A stretch of 44,779 nucleotides of DNA from Octopus bimaculoides (GCF_001194135.2 NC_068995.1:3749244-3794022), one strand, 5' to 3'. Shown: positions 11,853 to 22,458, numbered from the stretch's first letter. Numbers and translations: made by a program. The notes: generated by a model not told the origin, from the letters alone.

Positions 11853-12514
11853 CATGGTCAAAATTCTGCTCTGTAGGATTGAACACGAAGCCACGTTATT
11901 AACGATAGGAGTACCTTAGCCAGACACCAGACAGCCATACCTGCGGCCAAATTCTAGATTATAGTGTTCAATCGTTAACCTTATTTCTCTTTCTGCTGCT
12001 ACTACCGCCACTGCTGCTACTACGTCTAACTAAGGTTTCTGTTATAAAAAAGCCGAAACGAAATTTATTAATTTATAGTTTTTTTTTGTTTCCCCGAAAA
12101 CAAGAGAAACGTTAATTGGTTGTTACAGACGATGAAAGGAAAGTGACGTAGATTAGTGCTTAAATCAATTATTGGAAGACGCTGGAAGGTCAAGATTTCT
12201 GGAAATAAAACTTAAATCGGGTTAATTATAAATTTTAAGTTCACTGGGTGAAATATCTATAGTGACACGTATGTTTTTAGTTACTCACATGCAAATTAAA
12301 TAAAGAATTTGCAAAAAGAAAATGAAGAAAATAGCTCTTTAAAATTATCGGCATCGTGGTGGTGGTGGTGGTGGTGGTGGTAGTGATGGTAAACTCTTAA
12401 GATTTGGAATATATTTCTATGAAACACGTTCTTTGAAGAAAAGAGTAAAAGTCTGAACGAATTTCAGTTGTGCATCTCATTTTATTATTTGCAAAAATTG
12501 TCAGAATGTCTGGA

Positions 12515-12702
12515 AAAATACTTTACGACATTCGCTTCAGTCCTTTATCTTCTGATTTCAAATCGGGCAGTGGTCAACTTTGCTTTTCATCTTTTCGAGG
12601 TCGATAAAATAAAGTACCAGTCAAGTACAAGCTCTGGGGTCGATGGCATAAACTAACTCCATTATCACAAAATTGCTGGCCCTGTAACAAAATTAGAACG
12701 CA

Positions 12703-12705
<3 letters not shown>
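12515..12705 (+). mobile_element. SINE family B with (ATT)n tail
   Basis: caactttgcttttcatcttttcgaggtcgataaaataaagtaccag...ctggggtcgat...aaattgctggccc followed by (ATT)n. Confidence 0.82.

Positions 12706-12768
<63 letters not shown>
12702..12768. repeat. (ATT)n shared between two tail-to-tail retroposons
   Basis: Perfect run between the plus-strand SINE B tail and a minus-strand retroelement tail. Confidence 0.95.
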
Positions 12769-12950
12769 GAGTGAGAGAGCAATACATGCTAATAAAAATA
12801 GCACCGAGGAGCAAATATACGAATCCTAATGCACCCACCATGACACCCATCTAAGGGTACACTTGGAACATGCATCACAACCATATGAGCGTGATGTAGT
12901 GATCTCATATCAATATAAATAGCGCATGACCTTGCAGGTGGGGACCCAGT
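12769..12950 (-). mobile_element. 3' end of a non-LTR retrotransposon-derived repeat with (TAA)n tail; family undetermined
   Basis: gagtgagagagc...catgcatcacaaccatatg...gtgatctcatatcaa...gcgcatgaccttgcaggtgggg resembles a recalled octopus interspersed repeat and ends at a TAA tract; no coding motif recovered. Confidence 0.4.
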
Positions 12951-13611
12951 GAATATTGAAACAGTCGATGACGATAGGATCAAAGAAATGTAGCTTAAAA
13001 TGGATATAAACTTTTCAAGAAGAGACATGGTGGAAGAGTTGTCGGCCGTTAAAGGGTTTAGAGGGCGGTAGAAGCAATGCATGTATTTAATGGAATGAGG
13101 AAGGGAGACTATGAGCTTGAGTTACTGGTAATATCTGCTGCAGATATTCAGGTATGAGAGGTGAGTGGGGATGGGTGAAGTAGAATTGTGTGGATTCTTC
13201 TTTTGTGAAAGTAAAAGAAAGAAATCAAACAACCAAAAAAAAAAAAAAAACAAACACTCTTCCATCAAAATTGAATTATTTTTCAAAAAGGAAACATTGT
13301 TGCAATGTTGACCAAAACATTGTAATGAATCGAATACACCATTTTATTTCATAAAAATATGGCCAGCACCATTTATAATTAAATTAATGAATCTCATTTC
13401 TCGAAGCCATTCGTTTTTGTTTACGAATATTTCTCTATAGTAAGTTAATTACAATAACACCAACTAGTAATAACAAAAACTCCACGTCAGCTGACGACGG
13501 TTGAAATTTTTGAAACTTCAGCATTTGTCTCCCTTACATACAGCACTATGTGATCATCTAGACTAATATTTACTATATTTTTCTAATCACCGTATTTAAC
13601 TTTATTGTAGC

Positions 13612-13749
13612 TCATTTACATTATTTACATTTAACGGATATTTGTCCTCATCTTGTTTGTTGTTAACACAACGTTTCGGCTGATATACCCTCCAGCCTTC
13701 ATCAGGTGTCTTGGGGGAAATTTCGAACCTGGGTTCTCATTCCTAAGGT
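13612..13749 (-). mobile_element. PLE-type terminal repeat (pseudo-LTR) fragment, family 1
   Basis: Carries the hammerhead motif below; its 13702-13749 part is repeated inverted at 13837-13883. Confidence 0.65.
13665..13710 (-). ncRNA. Minimal type-I hammerhead ribozyme motif (PLE-associated)
   Basis: Minus strand GACAC-CUGAUGA-A-GGCUG(GAGGGUAUAU)CAGCC-GAAAC-GU-U-GUGUU: stem I GACAC/GUGUU, core CUGANGA, 5-bp stem II, GAAA, palindromic ACGU in place of stem III. Confidence 0.75.
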
Positions 13750-13836
13750 ACCTTTTGATCTAACCTTCCTGTGTAGATGTAGAGACTGAAAGCTAATACC
13801 ACGTGGCTTGAATATAATGACACCACAACGAAAAAC

Positions 13837-13883
13837 ACCTTAGGAATGAGAACCCAGGTTCGAAATTTCCCCAAGACACCTGA
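13837..13883 (+). repeat. Inverted second copy of the PLE terminal repeat, truncated at CUGA
   Basis: accttaggaatgagaacccaggttcgaaatttccccaagacacctga is the reverse complement of 13702-13749 apart from one G in a G-run. Confidence 0.92.
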
Positions 13884-13958
13884 GGCTATAGTAGTGTGAC
13901 TGAGCCTGGGACCATGTGGTTGGTAAGCAAGCTACTTACCACACAGCCACTCCTACGC
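13880..13958 (-). mobile_element. SINE family A head with internal deletion
   Basis: tgaggctatagtag|tgtgactga...accatgtggttggtaagcaagctacttaccacacagccactcctacgcc; the aagacacttgcccaaggtgccacgcag segment is missing. Confidence 0.88.
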
Positions 13959-14449
13959 CCAAACTTACATAGTTTGTAATAGCTTTCCCTAAGTATATAA
14001 GCAGGTTAAAAGTAGACGACGTGATCATAATACAGATTTGATTTTGAAAAACAAAAACAAAAATAATAATAATAATAAGTAGATAAAAATAAATCAAATT
14101 AAAATCAAAGATTATTAAATATGTCGTCTGGCCTACGATATTTACTTGGTTTTGAAACTCAATGGAATTATAATGTACCATAACGTTATAGATGTTGAAA
14201 TTGCCTTTTGGCAAAACAGTCTACATTTGTGTTCGCTGGATATGAGATGCTTTTTTTAATGGACAATGAGCCGAGCGTATTCCATTTAAATAACTAAAAG
14301 AAAAGAGAAAGAGGGAGAGATAAATAGATAGATAGATAGAGAGAGAGAGAGGTAGATGGAGGAGAGAAGGAAAGAGAGAGACGGAAAGCGAGAGAGAGAG
14401 TGTGAGGATGAAAGAGAGAGAGGAGGACTTGGCGATATAATAACTCAAC

Positions 14450-14596
14450 CAGGGATTGGCGAATTATAGTTAAGAATACAGTAAGACACGCTCTGCATAA
14501 ACACGAAACGATTAAGTCATTGGTGAGCAGTGATTGGCTGGTTTTGCAGTGCGGAGATGTAATCTGTCCACATAAGAATAAATTACCACCATGGCG
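14450..14596 (+). promoter_or_regulatory. Cluster of three inverted CCAAT boxes followed by a Kozak-like ATG
   Basis: gggattggc, tcattggtg and gtgattggct, then accaccATGG; the ORF is short and runs into a SINE. Confidence 0.2.
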
Positions 14597-14631
14597 TATT
14601 TAATTATATTTGAAAATTCTATAATATGTAT

Positions 14632-14766
14632 TTCTAGTTTTGGCACTGGGCCAGCAATTTTAAGAAGATGGCAAAGTCGATTACATTGAACCAGTACTCG
14701 TTTTACATCGAACTGATCTTTGTCTTACCGACTACGAAACAATGAAACGGAGAAAAGACTTCGGCC
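14632..14766 (-). mobile_element. SINE family B, decayed 3' part
   Basis: tttctagttttggcactgggccagcaatttt...aagtcgattacattgaaccagtact. Confidence 0.72.
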
Positions 14767-14980
14767 GTGTAGTTAAGAGGCTTGCTTTACATCCATGTGG
14801 TTTTGGGTTCAGTCCCACTGCGCGGCACTTTGGGGAAAATGGTTTCTACCATAGCCCCGCGTAGATTTAAGCTTTGCGAGTGAATTTGGTAGACGGAAAG
14901 TGTGTGGAAACTCGTGATACACGTGCGCGCGCACACACATTATTTATATGTGTTTGTAAATATATATATATATATATGAA

Positions 14981-15025
<45 letters not shown>

Positions 15026-15272
15026 GTGTGTGTGCATGTGTGTGTGTGGATGTGTAGATGTGTGTGTGTGTGTTTATCTCCCACCACCGCCTGACAACTG
15101 CTGTTGATTTGTTTACATCCGGTACCTTAGCGGTTCAGCAAAAGAAATCGTTAAAATAAGAAGCAGACGTTAAAATAAGTATTAGTGTTGATCTGTCCGA
15201 CTAAAACTCTTGATTACGGTGCCCCAGCATGGCCACAGTTCAATGATTTAAACAAATAAACGATAAAAGATA
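14767..15272 (+). mobile_element. SINE family A, near full length with expanded internal microsatellite
   Basis: Head gggttcagtcccactgcgcggcac, (TA)/(TG) core of about 170 bp, 3' arm cttagcggttcagcaaaag...ggtgccccagcatggccacag...aaacaaataa. Confidence 0.88.
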
Positions 15273-15374
15273 ATTTAGCTCCCTATGCTACACAAAATAT
15301 ACACTGAAATTTCTACAGAAGAGAATATCTTGGCACGGATTATGTAAATGAATTATATCAAGACCTTTGACTAA

Positions 15375-15530
15375 CAAACAACCGATTGGTTGTTTAACTA
15401 GCATATCAAACAAACGATCGATTTATTAGTTGGTTAGATATTTAACCGACTTACTAACAATAAAGAAGTAATATTGAACCAGTGCGTGTGGTTACTAATA
15501 TTGGCAAAATGACCCTCCCAAGACACACCA
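15375..15530 (+). repeat. Unclassified dispersed repeat, copy 1
   Basis: caaacaaacgatcgatttattagttggttagatatttaaccgacttactaacaataaag...ttgaaccagtgcgtgtggttactaatattggc aligns by eye with 21648-21790. Confidence 0.75.
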
Positions 15531-16650
15531 GTTTTCGTTATGGCTTGCACTGTATTTAGGGAAAGCTTATATTAACGAGATGGTTGACGTATGATTGTAG
15601 CAAAGCATTAAAGTTGTAGAAGCCAAAATGATGAGGTTCTACTTAAGTGGATAACCCATTCTGTTCTCGAGGCTGTGGTATATATTTAAATTTTCCATTG
15701 CAGAGGGAGTGTCTAAGGAGAGATTATGTAAAACCGTTGTGGTGGTCTTGTCTCCGGCGTAAATGGAAAACTTACAGAAAGGAAATTGTGAAAGGTTATT
15801 AACCGCACTATAATAAGATTGTATATGAGAAGTGTGGGAGAGAGGTGGGAGAGAAGGGGGAATAGGGGAGGAGAGGGGAGGAGAAAGGGAGAGGGGAGAG
15901 AAAGAAGAAGGAAAGAGAGGCGCAGGAAAACAAAATGAGGGGAGAGAGGGAGAGGGGAAGGGAAAGGAGAGGGAGGAAGAAAGCGGGAGTGAGATAGAGA
16001 CAGAGAGACAGAAAGAGAGAGTGAAAGAGAAGGAAAGAAAGGGATACAGTGAGAGAGAGAAAGAATGAGAGTGGGAGAGAGAGAGGGTGAGAGAGGGAAG
16101 GAGAGTATGGTGTATATGAGAGGAAGAATGAGAGAGAGAGAGAGAGAGAAAGAATAGAATTTATTATTTGTTTTTTGTTAAAATGAACGCCAACACTGAC
16201 AGCGCTAAAATGGTAAAGACTAAAAAATGGTTTAATTATTCTTCACTCAGTTACTATTACACCAAACCTCAGATATTCCGCTTAAGAGAAGCAAAAATTA
16301 ACTATTAGAACCAGCATTTCATTATAAAACCCTTTCATATAAATTAACTAATTACAACGTGGGAGAGGAGAACTTTCTCGAATACATCTCTTGTTGAATC
16401 GCAGTTATTAGCTAATTAATATATAAACAATTTTTCTTTTTTACCCTGCTTAATTAACAGTCGCTTCATTAAGGCGTATCTAACTGCTACTAATGTAATG
16501 TGTTTTCATCACATTTAGAAAATATTTGGCTGTAAGGAAGTCGATAATAAGGATATTGAATCAATGATATTGTCGAAGAATCGTAGTTATGGAAGCTGGT
16601 TCGTTAGCAAGCAAATGGAAAGAGAAAAGTATTGCTTGAAATGTTTATAG

Positions 16651-16692
16651 CAAAAGCTCGTCAAAGCTCGGCAAAGCTCGTCAAAGCTCGGC
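16651..16692. repeat. Four tandem 10-bp units (c/t/g)CAAAGCTCG
   Basis: caaaagctcg tcaaagctcg gcaaagctcg tcaaagctcg gc. Confidence 0.95.
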
Positions 16693-16760
16693 CTCATTAT
16701 TCATATTAGGCGTTCATTGTTAATGGTAATATTTTACAGCTCCATCTTATATAAAATTAC

Positions 16761-17070
16761 ACTCACGTTATATATAGGAGAAACTGGCGGCGGCAGCGGT
16801 GATGGTGTATTGTATTGGATGGAAAGTGAGAAATAAGGTTATAACAAAAGGTGAATGTGAGACAAGATAATGGAAACCACACACAAAATACTGAGAAGAG
16901 AAATTGGGGGACGGGGGGTGGGGTGGCAGTGGTGGAGAGAAGTAAAGAGAAAAAGAAAGAAAGAGAAATATACAGACAGAGTAGGTAGACCTGCAGGTAA
17001 TCCATTGTTTCGTTAATTCGCCCACCTGCATTTGTCCTATTTTACCCGATCAGCCTATCACGTGACTTCC
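16761..17070. promoter_or_regulatory. Candidate promoter / non-coding first exon, orientation ambiguous
   Basis: E-box TCACGTGAC next to ETS-like CTTCC (17058-17070); minus-strand donor AAC|GTGAGT at 16766; alternatively plus-strand tatatagg at about 16770 and CAG|GTAAT at 16997. Confidence 0.25.
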
Positions 17071-17470
17071 CTTGCCGCTGATAATGAATAAATTCATAAA
17101 CTTATGGTTTATCTTGAGATATCAGAGGAAGTTAGTTATACGTAATTAGCAGTTATGAAAATTAGATAATTAATTACAACGACAACAATAACAACACAAT
17201 ATTAATAATCTAATTAATAATTTGTTACGTTTTGTTTTCTTTCTCTTTTACAAACAAAATTATTTCAGAATAAGAAACAACCTTGTCCTGCTTTAAACAT
17301 CCATTAGTAAATGAATACTTTGCATTTGTTGTAATTAACAACTAATTTTCCTAACACCAAATTATCTCTCATTAAAATCGACCTAAAATATTTCCAATAA
17401 GTCATTGATTTATGATCTCCGAAAGAAGAACGGTAACTATGTTTCCTGTTGTATATCAAGGAATATAATA

Positions 17471-17686
17471 ACGGTTTCAATTTTTGACACGAGGCTAACA
17501 ATTTCGGGAAGGGAGGAAGTCGATTAAATCAACCCCAGTACTCAACTGGTACTTACTTTATCGACCCCATAAGGATGAAAGGTAAAAATCGACCTCGGCG
17601 GAATTTGAACTCAGAACGTAAAGACGGATGAAATGCCGCTAAGCATTTCGACCGGCGTGCTAACGATTCTGCCAGTTCACCGCCTT
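17471..17686 (-). mobile_element. SINE family B, full length (array copy 1)
   Basis: Complete head (aaggcggtgaactggcagaatcgttagcacgcc on the minus strand) through to the 3' end. Confidence 0.92.
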
Positions 17687-17700
17687 AGACCTACATCTAT

Positions 17701-17891
17701 ACCGGTTTCAAATTTTGTCACGGGGAAGGGGTGTATCGATTACATCAACCCCAGTCCCCAGCTGGTACTTACTTTATCAACTCCATAAGGATGAAAGGTA
17801 AAAATCGACCCCGGTGGAATTTGAACTCAGAACATAAAGACGGATAAGTATTTTGCCCGTCATGCTAACAATTCTGCCGGCTCGCCGCCTT
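17701..17891 (-). mobile_element. SINE family B (array copy 2)
   Basis: Shares the private 27-mer cataaggatgaaaggtaaaaatcgacc with copy 1. Confidence 0.92.
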
Positions 17892-17894
17892 GCT

Positions 17895-18035
17895 ACCGGA
17901 AGCACATGGCCTCATATTTTGAGAGAAGGGATTAAGTCGATTGCATCGACCCCAGTACGTAACTGGTACTAATTTTATCGACCCCGAAAGGATGAAAGGC
18001 AAAGTCGACCTCGGCGGATTTCGAACTCAAAACCT
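17895..18035 (-). mobile_element. SINE family B (array copy 3, different variant)
   Basis: cgaccccgaaaggatgaaaggcaaagtcgacctcggcgg consensus-type sequence with a different 3' end. Confidence 0.88.
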
Positions 18036-18129
18036 AACGACTAACCTAATGGTTAGTCCTCCTAAATATGTTTGCTATATTTTTGTCTGAGTGCATCTTT
18101 CTCTTTACGACATGTGTAGCAGAAACAAA

Positions 18130-18220
18130 AGTAGTGGGCTTCTGCAGAATTTGAACTCGGGGTGTTGAGAATCAGAAGAAATGTCTGAAGGAATATGTTC
18201 GATGCTTTAGCAATCCAGCC
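18130..18220 (-). mobile_element. Decayed SINE family B head (possible array copy 4)
   Basis: ttctgcagaatttgaactcgg...gaaatg...atgctttagcaatccagcc. Confidence 0.45.
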
Positions 18221-18810
18221 AACAACAACAGCAGCAGCAGCAGCAGCAACGGCGACGTCAATAGCAAAATATCAACCATGTTGTCCGATGCTGTTCTCTC
18301 AGAGATTAAATTTCTGCATTAAATTCATTTAACATTGCGCTGCTTCGGTATGTATAAACTGCTTTAGAATATTTACCAAAAATAGAACTTCTAAAATAGC
18401 AACACTTGTGATCCATCTGCTCAATGTAAATTAATCCATACTACATTCCAAAGATGACCTTCCAGACGTTCCAGACGGTTCAAACAGTGTTTGCTGCAAC
18501 CACTCGAGTCGATAAACATATTTTAATCATTCCACCCTCCTTTACCATTTAAAGAAGCAGAACTGAAGTTCTTCATTTAGTTTTTAAAAAATTTTTCTTC
18601 CGTTTTTATATCATAGATTGGTGTACAATAATGTCGGTGGTTTATTACAAGATTATCCCGCGATAATTACTGGTTTCAGCGTATGTATGATGGGCAAGTG
18701 GGAATGACAAGAGAGTATCTGACACTATCTGCAGAACAAATAGCGTAGAGGACTTCTTTCAGAAAGTACTGCGTTTTTGAGTTTCTCAATATTTAGCGAC
18801 GAAGGGCAGG

Positions 18811-18880
<70 letters not shown>
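18811..18880. repeat. (CG)3(CA)n alternating purine-pyrimidine tract
   Basis: Perfect run. Confidence 0.97.
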
Positions 18881-18881
<1 letters not shown>

Positions 18882-18902
18882 TCTTTTATTCTATTACATA
18901 TT

Positions 18903-19230
18903 TCAGCTCTTGGGCTGCGGCCATGCTGGAGCACCGCCAGTAAGTAACTTTACTGGAGAATCNNNNNNNNNNNNNNNNNNNNNNNNNNNNNNNNNNNNNN
19001 NNNNNNNNNNNNNNNNNNNNNNNNNNNNNNNNNNNNNNNNNNNNNNNNNNNNNNNNNNNNNNNNNNNNNNNNNNNNNNNNNNNNNNNNNNNNNNNNNNNN
19101 NNNNNNNNNNNNNNNNNNNNNNNNNNNNNNNNNNNNNNNNNNNNNNNNNNNNNNNNNNNNNNNNNNNNNNNNNNNNNNNNNNNNNNNNNNNNNNNNNNNN
19201 NNNNNNNNNNNNNNNNNNNNNNNNNNNNNN

Positions 19231-19262
<32 letters not shown>

Positions 19263-19470
19263 TGTACATATAAATACGGGCAGGTATGCGCACACTCTTT
19301 CTTTCACAGATATTTGTATGTATATGTGTGTGGGTCTGTGTGCGGGTGTGTGTGTATGGGCCTTTTGTCTTAATCTCGCACAGCTACCATCTACCTTTTT
19401 CCCCCTCAAAAATCATTTTAAGCCCCACAGCTACTATGGAAGACACTTGCCCGAGATGACCACCAAGTCT
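18903..19470 (-). mobile_element. SINE family A remnants spanning a gap
   Basis: 3' end gctgcggccatgctggagcaccgcc at 18913-18937; (TA)/(TG) core after the gap; head fragment ctactatggaagacacttgccc at about 19430-19452. Confidence 0.6.
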
Positions 19471-20021
19471 GATCGAACCCAACAACACGGAAGGTGGCGC
19501 TGGGGGTAGGGCTGTGTGAACGAACTTTCTTCCCCAACAAGCTGACGCTTCCGACCCATTTCGGTTCCCAGATTACCTAACACCATTGTATTTCAATGTG
19601 ACTTCTGTTTGCACCAATTCCTCATGTTGTGGCTGGAATTCTAAAGACTAAAGTGCTTAACAAAGTACATTATTCCAATAGAAATGGAATCAGGAGTGGG
19701 AGAAACGTGCTTTACCAAATTTTTAAATATTAAAGTTTAATGCTTTCGCACAAACAAACACAGACAGAGAAACACACACATATTCACATGAATACTGACA
19801 TATACGTATACGTATACATGCGCACACAAATACAGACACGCTCACACACTAATATATACACACACGCGCACATACACACGTGATTTCACATGGACGTTTC
19901 TGTCTCTTCAACACATTTTTGTTGATAAATAGATTACAAAATATTTCCGCTAATTGTCTGTCTGCCACATAAATACCGAACTAACATATGTGCATTTGGT
20001 TATTGGAAGCTTACATGTATA

Positions 20022-20068
<47 letters not shown>

Positions 20069-20698
20069 NNNNNNNNNNNNNNNNNNNNNNNNNNNNNNNN
20101 NNNNNNNNNNNNNNNNNNNNNNNNNNNNNNNNNNNNNNNNNNNNNNNNNNNNNNNNNNNNNNNNNNNNNNNNNNNNNNNNNNNNNNNNNNNNNNNNNNNN
20201 NNNNNNNNNNNNNNNNNNNNNNNNNNNNNNNNNTATATAAATATACACATATATACCTATATATACATACGCATATGTATATACATATACATATACATAC
20301 ATATATATATGTACACAAATACATATGTATATAAATATATACATATATAAACTCATATATACACACATAAATACGAATATATATATGCATACACACACAC
20401 ACACACACACATATACATCTACTTACAGATATGCATACAAATATATATTAGAAACGCATTACTATATATTTGTGTGTGCATCTATGTGTGTGTGTCTGTG
20501 TATGTGTGCGCGTGTCTGGTATGTGTATGTATGTGTATGTGTATGTCTGTGTGTAAGTGTATTGTTTTTCCTCTTCTATTTTCCTCTTTTTCTCTGAACA
20601 TTTTATCCATCCATTAACACTTGTTTCGGCCTGTTACATCTCCACATTCTCGATTACTCCATCCGTTTTCCAGTCATTTTCTCTCACTCACAAATATA

Positions 20699-20766
20699 GT
20701 AACAGTTAAATACAAACTTTCTTCCAGTTCAGGTATTCTTCAGGCATATTTGAACCTGTAATAAAA
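20699..20766 (+). repeat. Diverged direct repeat with internal hairpin, copy 1
   Basis: taaatacaaact...cagttcaggtattcttcaggcatatttgaacctgtaataaa aligns with 21030-21088. Confidence 0.8.
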
Positions 20767-21003
20767 AAAAAGCTATTCACTGTATTTGACATGGAGAAAA
20801 GTTTTCACTCTAGACAAATAGGTGTAAATACAGCAGATCTATTACAACATGCAGTTCGGGGTGTTTATCTCCTCCTCTGCAGCAGAGACCGGAAATGGGG
20901 ACGCTGCGAACTGACACGTGACATAGGTCTCTCTTATGACATTTCAGTTATAGTTCAATGAGTGGTGGCGCTATTTAGCAACACGTTGTAAATGAAATAC
21001 TGG

Positions 21004-21088
21004 GTAACAGTGGAAAGCAATGATGTGCATAAATACAAACTCCTTAACAGTTCAAATATGCTTGAGGCATATTCGAACCCGTAACAAA
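21004..21088 (+). repeat. Diverged direct repeat with internal hairpin, copy 2
   Basis: taaatacaaact...cagttcaaatatgcttgaggcatattcgaacccgtaacaaa; stem gttcaaatatgc/gcatattcgaac. Confidence 0.8.
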
Positions 21089-21214
21089 GATTTTTCTTAG
21101 AATAGTCTGCTCTCCGTTTGGTTATAGCTATTAAAATCAAGACGCCAGAGACTGTATGAAAGTGGAGAGTTGAGTCAATGATAAGCAAACTTTTCGCATA
21201 AAAAGACCCCGAAC

Positions 21215-21562
21215 GAATATCGTTTCAGGTTCAGTCCCATCGTGTGGCACCTTGGGCAAGTGTCAGGCCTTGGGTCGAGCAAAGGTTTGTGAGTGCATTT
21301 GGTAGATAGAAAATGAAAAAAGCCCATGGTATAAACACACACACACACACACACACACACATTGCGTTTGTCTCTACTGTCATCGCTTGACGCCCGGTGT
21401 TCGTTTATGTGCATCCCCATAACGTATGAACTCGGCAAAAGTGCCCAATAGAATAAGTACCTGGCTTTAAAAAATAAGGGCCGATTTGTTCGACTAAACC
21501 CCTTTAAAGCAGTACCCAATTATGGCTGCAGATGAGTGACTGAAACATGTAATAAAAGATAA
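21215..21562 (+). mobile_element. SINE family A with internal (CA)n
   Basis: aggttcagtcccatcgtgtggcaccttgggcaagtgt...ggtagatagaaaa...(CA)n...cggcaaaag...gaataagtac...gactgaaaca. Confidence 0.87.
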
Positions 21563-21647
21563 TTAAATATGTAAACAACCACTGAGAAGGTCGCTAATAG
21601 CAATGAAAGAGCTTTGGCAAAAGAAAAAGCAAACAAATAAAAACAAA

Positions 21648-21790
21648 ACAAACGACTGACTGGTTAACCAAATTAAACAAACAATCGATTAGTTAGTTAA
21701 ATATTTAACTGATTGACTAATAATAAAGGAGTTGAATTGAACTAGTGCATGTGTAATTAATATTGGCTTAATAACTCTCTCTAGACACAA
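21648..21790 (+). repeat. Unclassified dispersed repeat, copy 2
   Basis: aaacaaacaatcgattagttagttaaatatttaactgattgactaataataaag...ttgaactagtgcatgtgtaattaatattggc; homologous to 15375-15530. Confidence 0.75.
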
Positions 21791-22458
21791 CAAAATATGA
21801 AATTTTAATTAATAGAAGTTTCTTAGGTCATTGCTTATAATATGTTAGTGGCCACTTTACTAATGGGGCTGAATCTTGAGTGTAGGGCGAATAAATAATT
21901 TTATTGTAGAAAAACAAAAAGACAAAAAGAAAGGAAAAAAAGTTGAGATTTATTAACCACAGCAAGCTAATTAGAACAGATATTCCGTCTGTATATTCAG
22001 GAAGAAAACCTGATGATTGGAATATAATATTTCTGGTATCCGTCCGTCACAGATTTAATATCACCGTTCTAATATCAGCCAAACAGCTGTCTAATGTCTA
22101 TCTCACACACGTCAGTTATTTAAGCGGTGTTGAAACACTACGCAATTTATCTGGCTTGAACAGTGGCATGTGTTTAATATCAAAAACATTGAATCTAATA
22201 ACAGAAACTATGAGTTATCAACAATCGGACAATATAGGGTCGATGTTATTCTCGTTTGAATCTCGTCGTAGATATACTACGTGAGAAGTTGCTTGTGGTA
22301 AGGAATTTATTTAGTTATTTCTAGAAATTTTGTATTTCTGTTTATATATATTTATGTCAGAAACGAAAAGAAAAAAAGTATTAATATTTACATGCATCAA
22401 ACAATCCATTAATTGAATTCTTGATTCTGAAAACCTTATTTAAACACATGGTCTAAAT

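Noticed and set aside
13485-13525. ctgacgac...gaaac hammerhead-like string
   Set aside because: Stem II would rely on G-U pairs only and there is no stem I complement; at most a very decayed relic.
15685-15800. Plus-strand acceptor ttttccattgcag at 15703 with a short open frame
   Set aside because: No convincing donor and no recognisable protein; isolated acceptors are common by chance.
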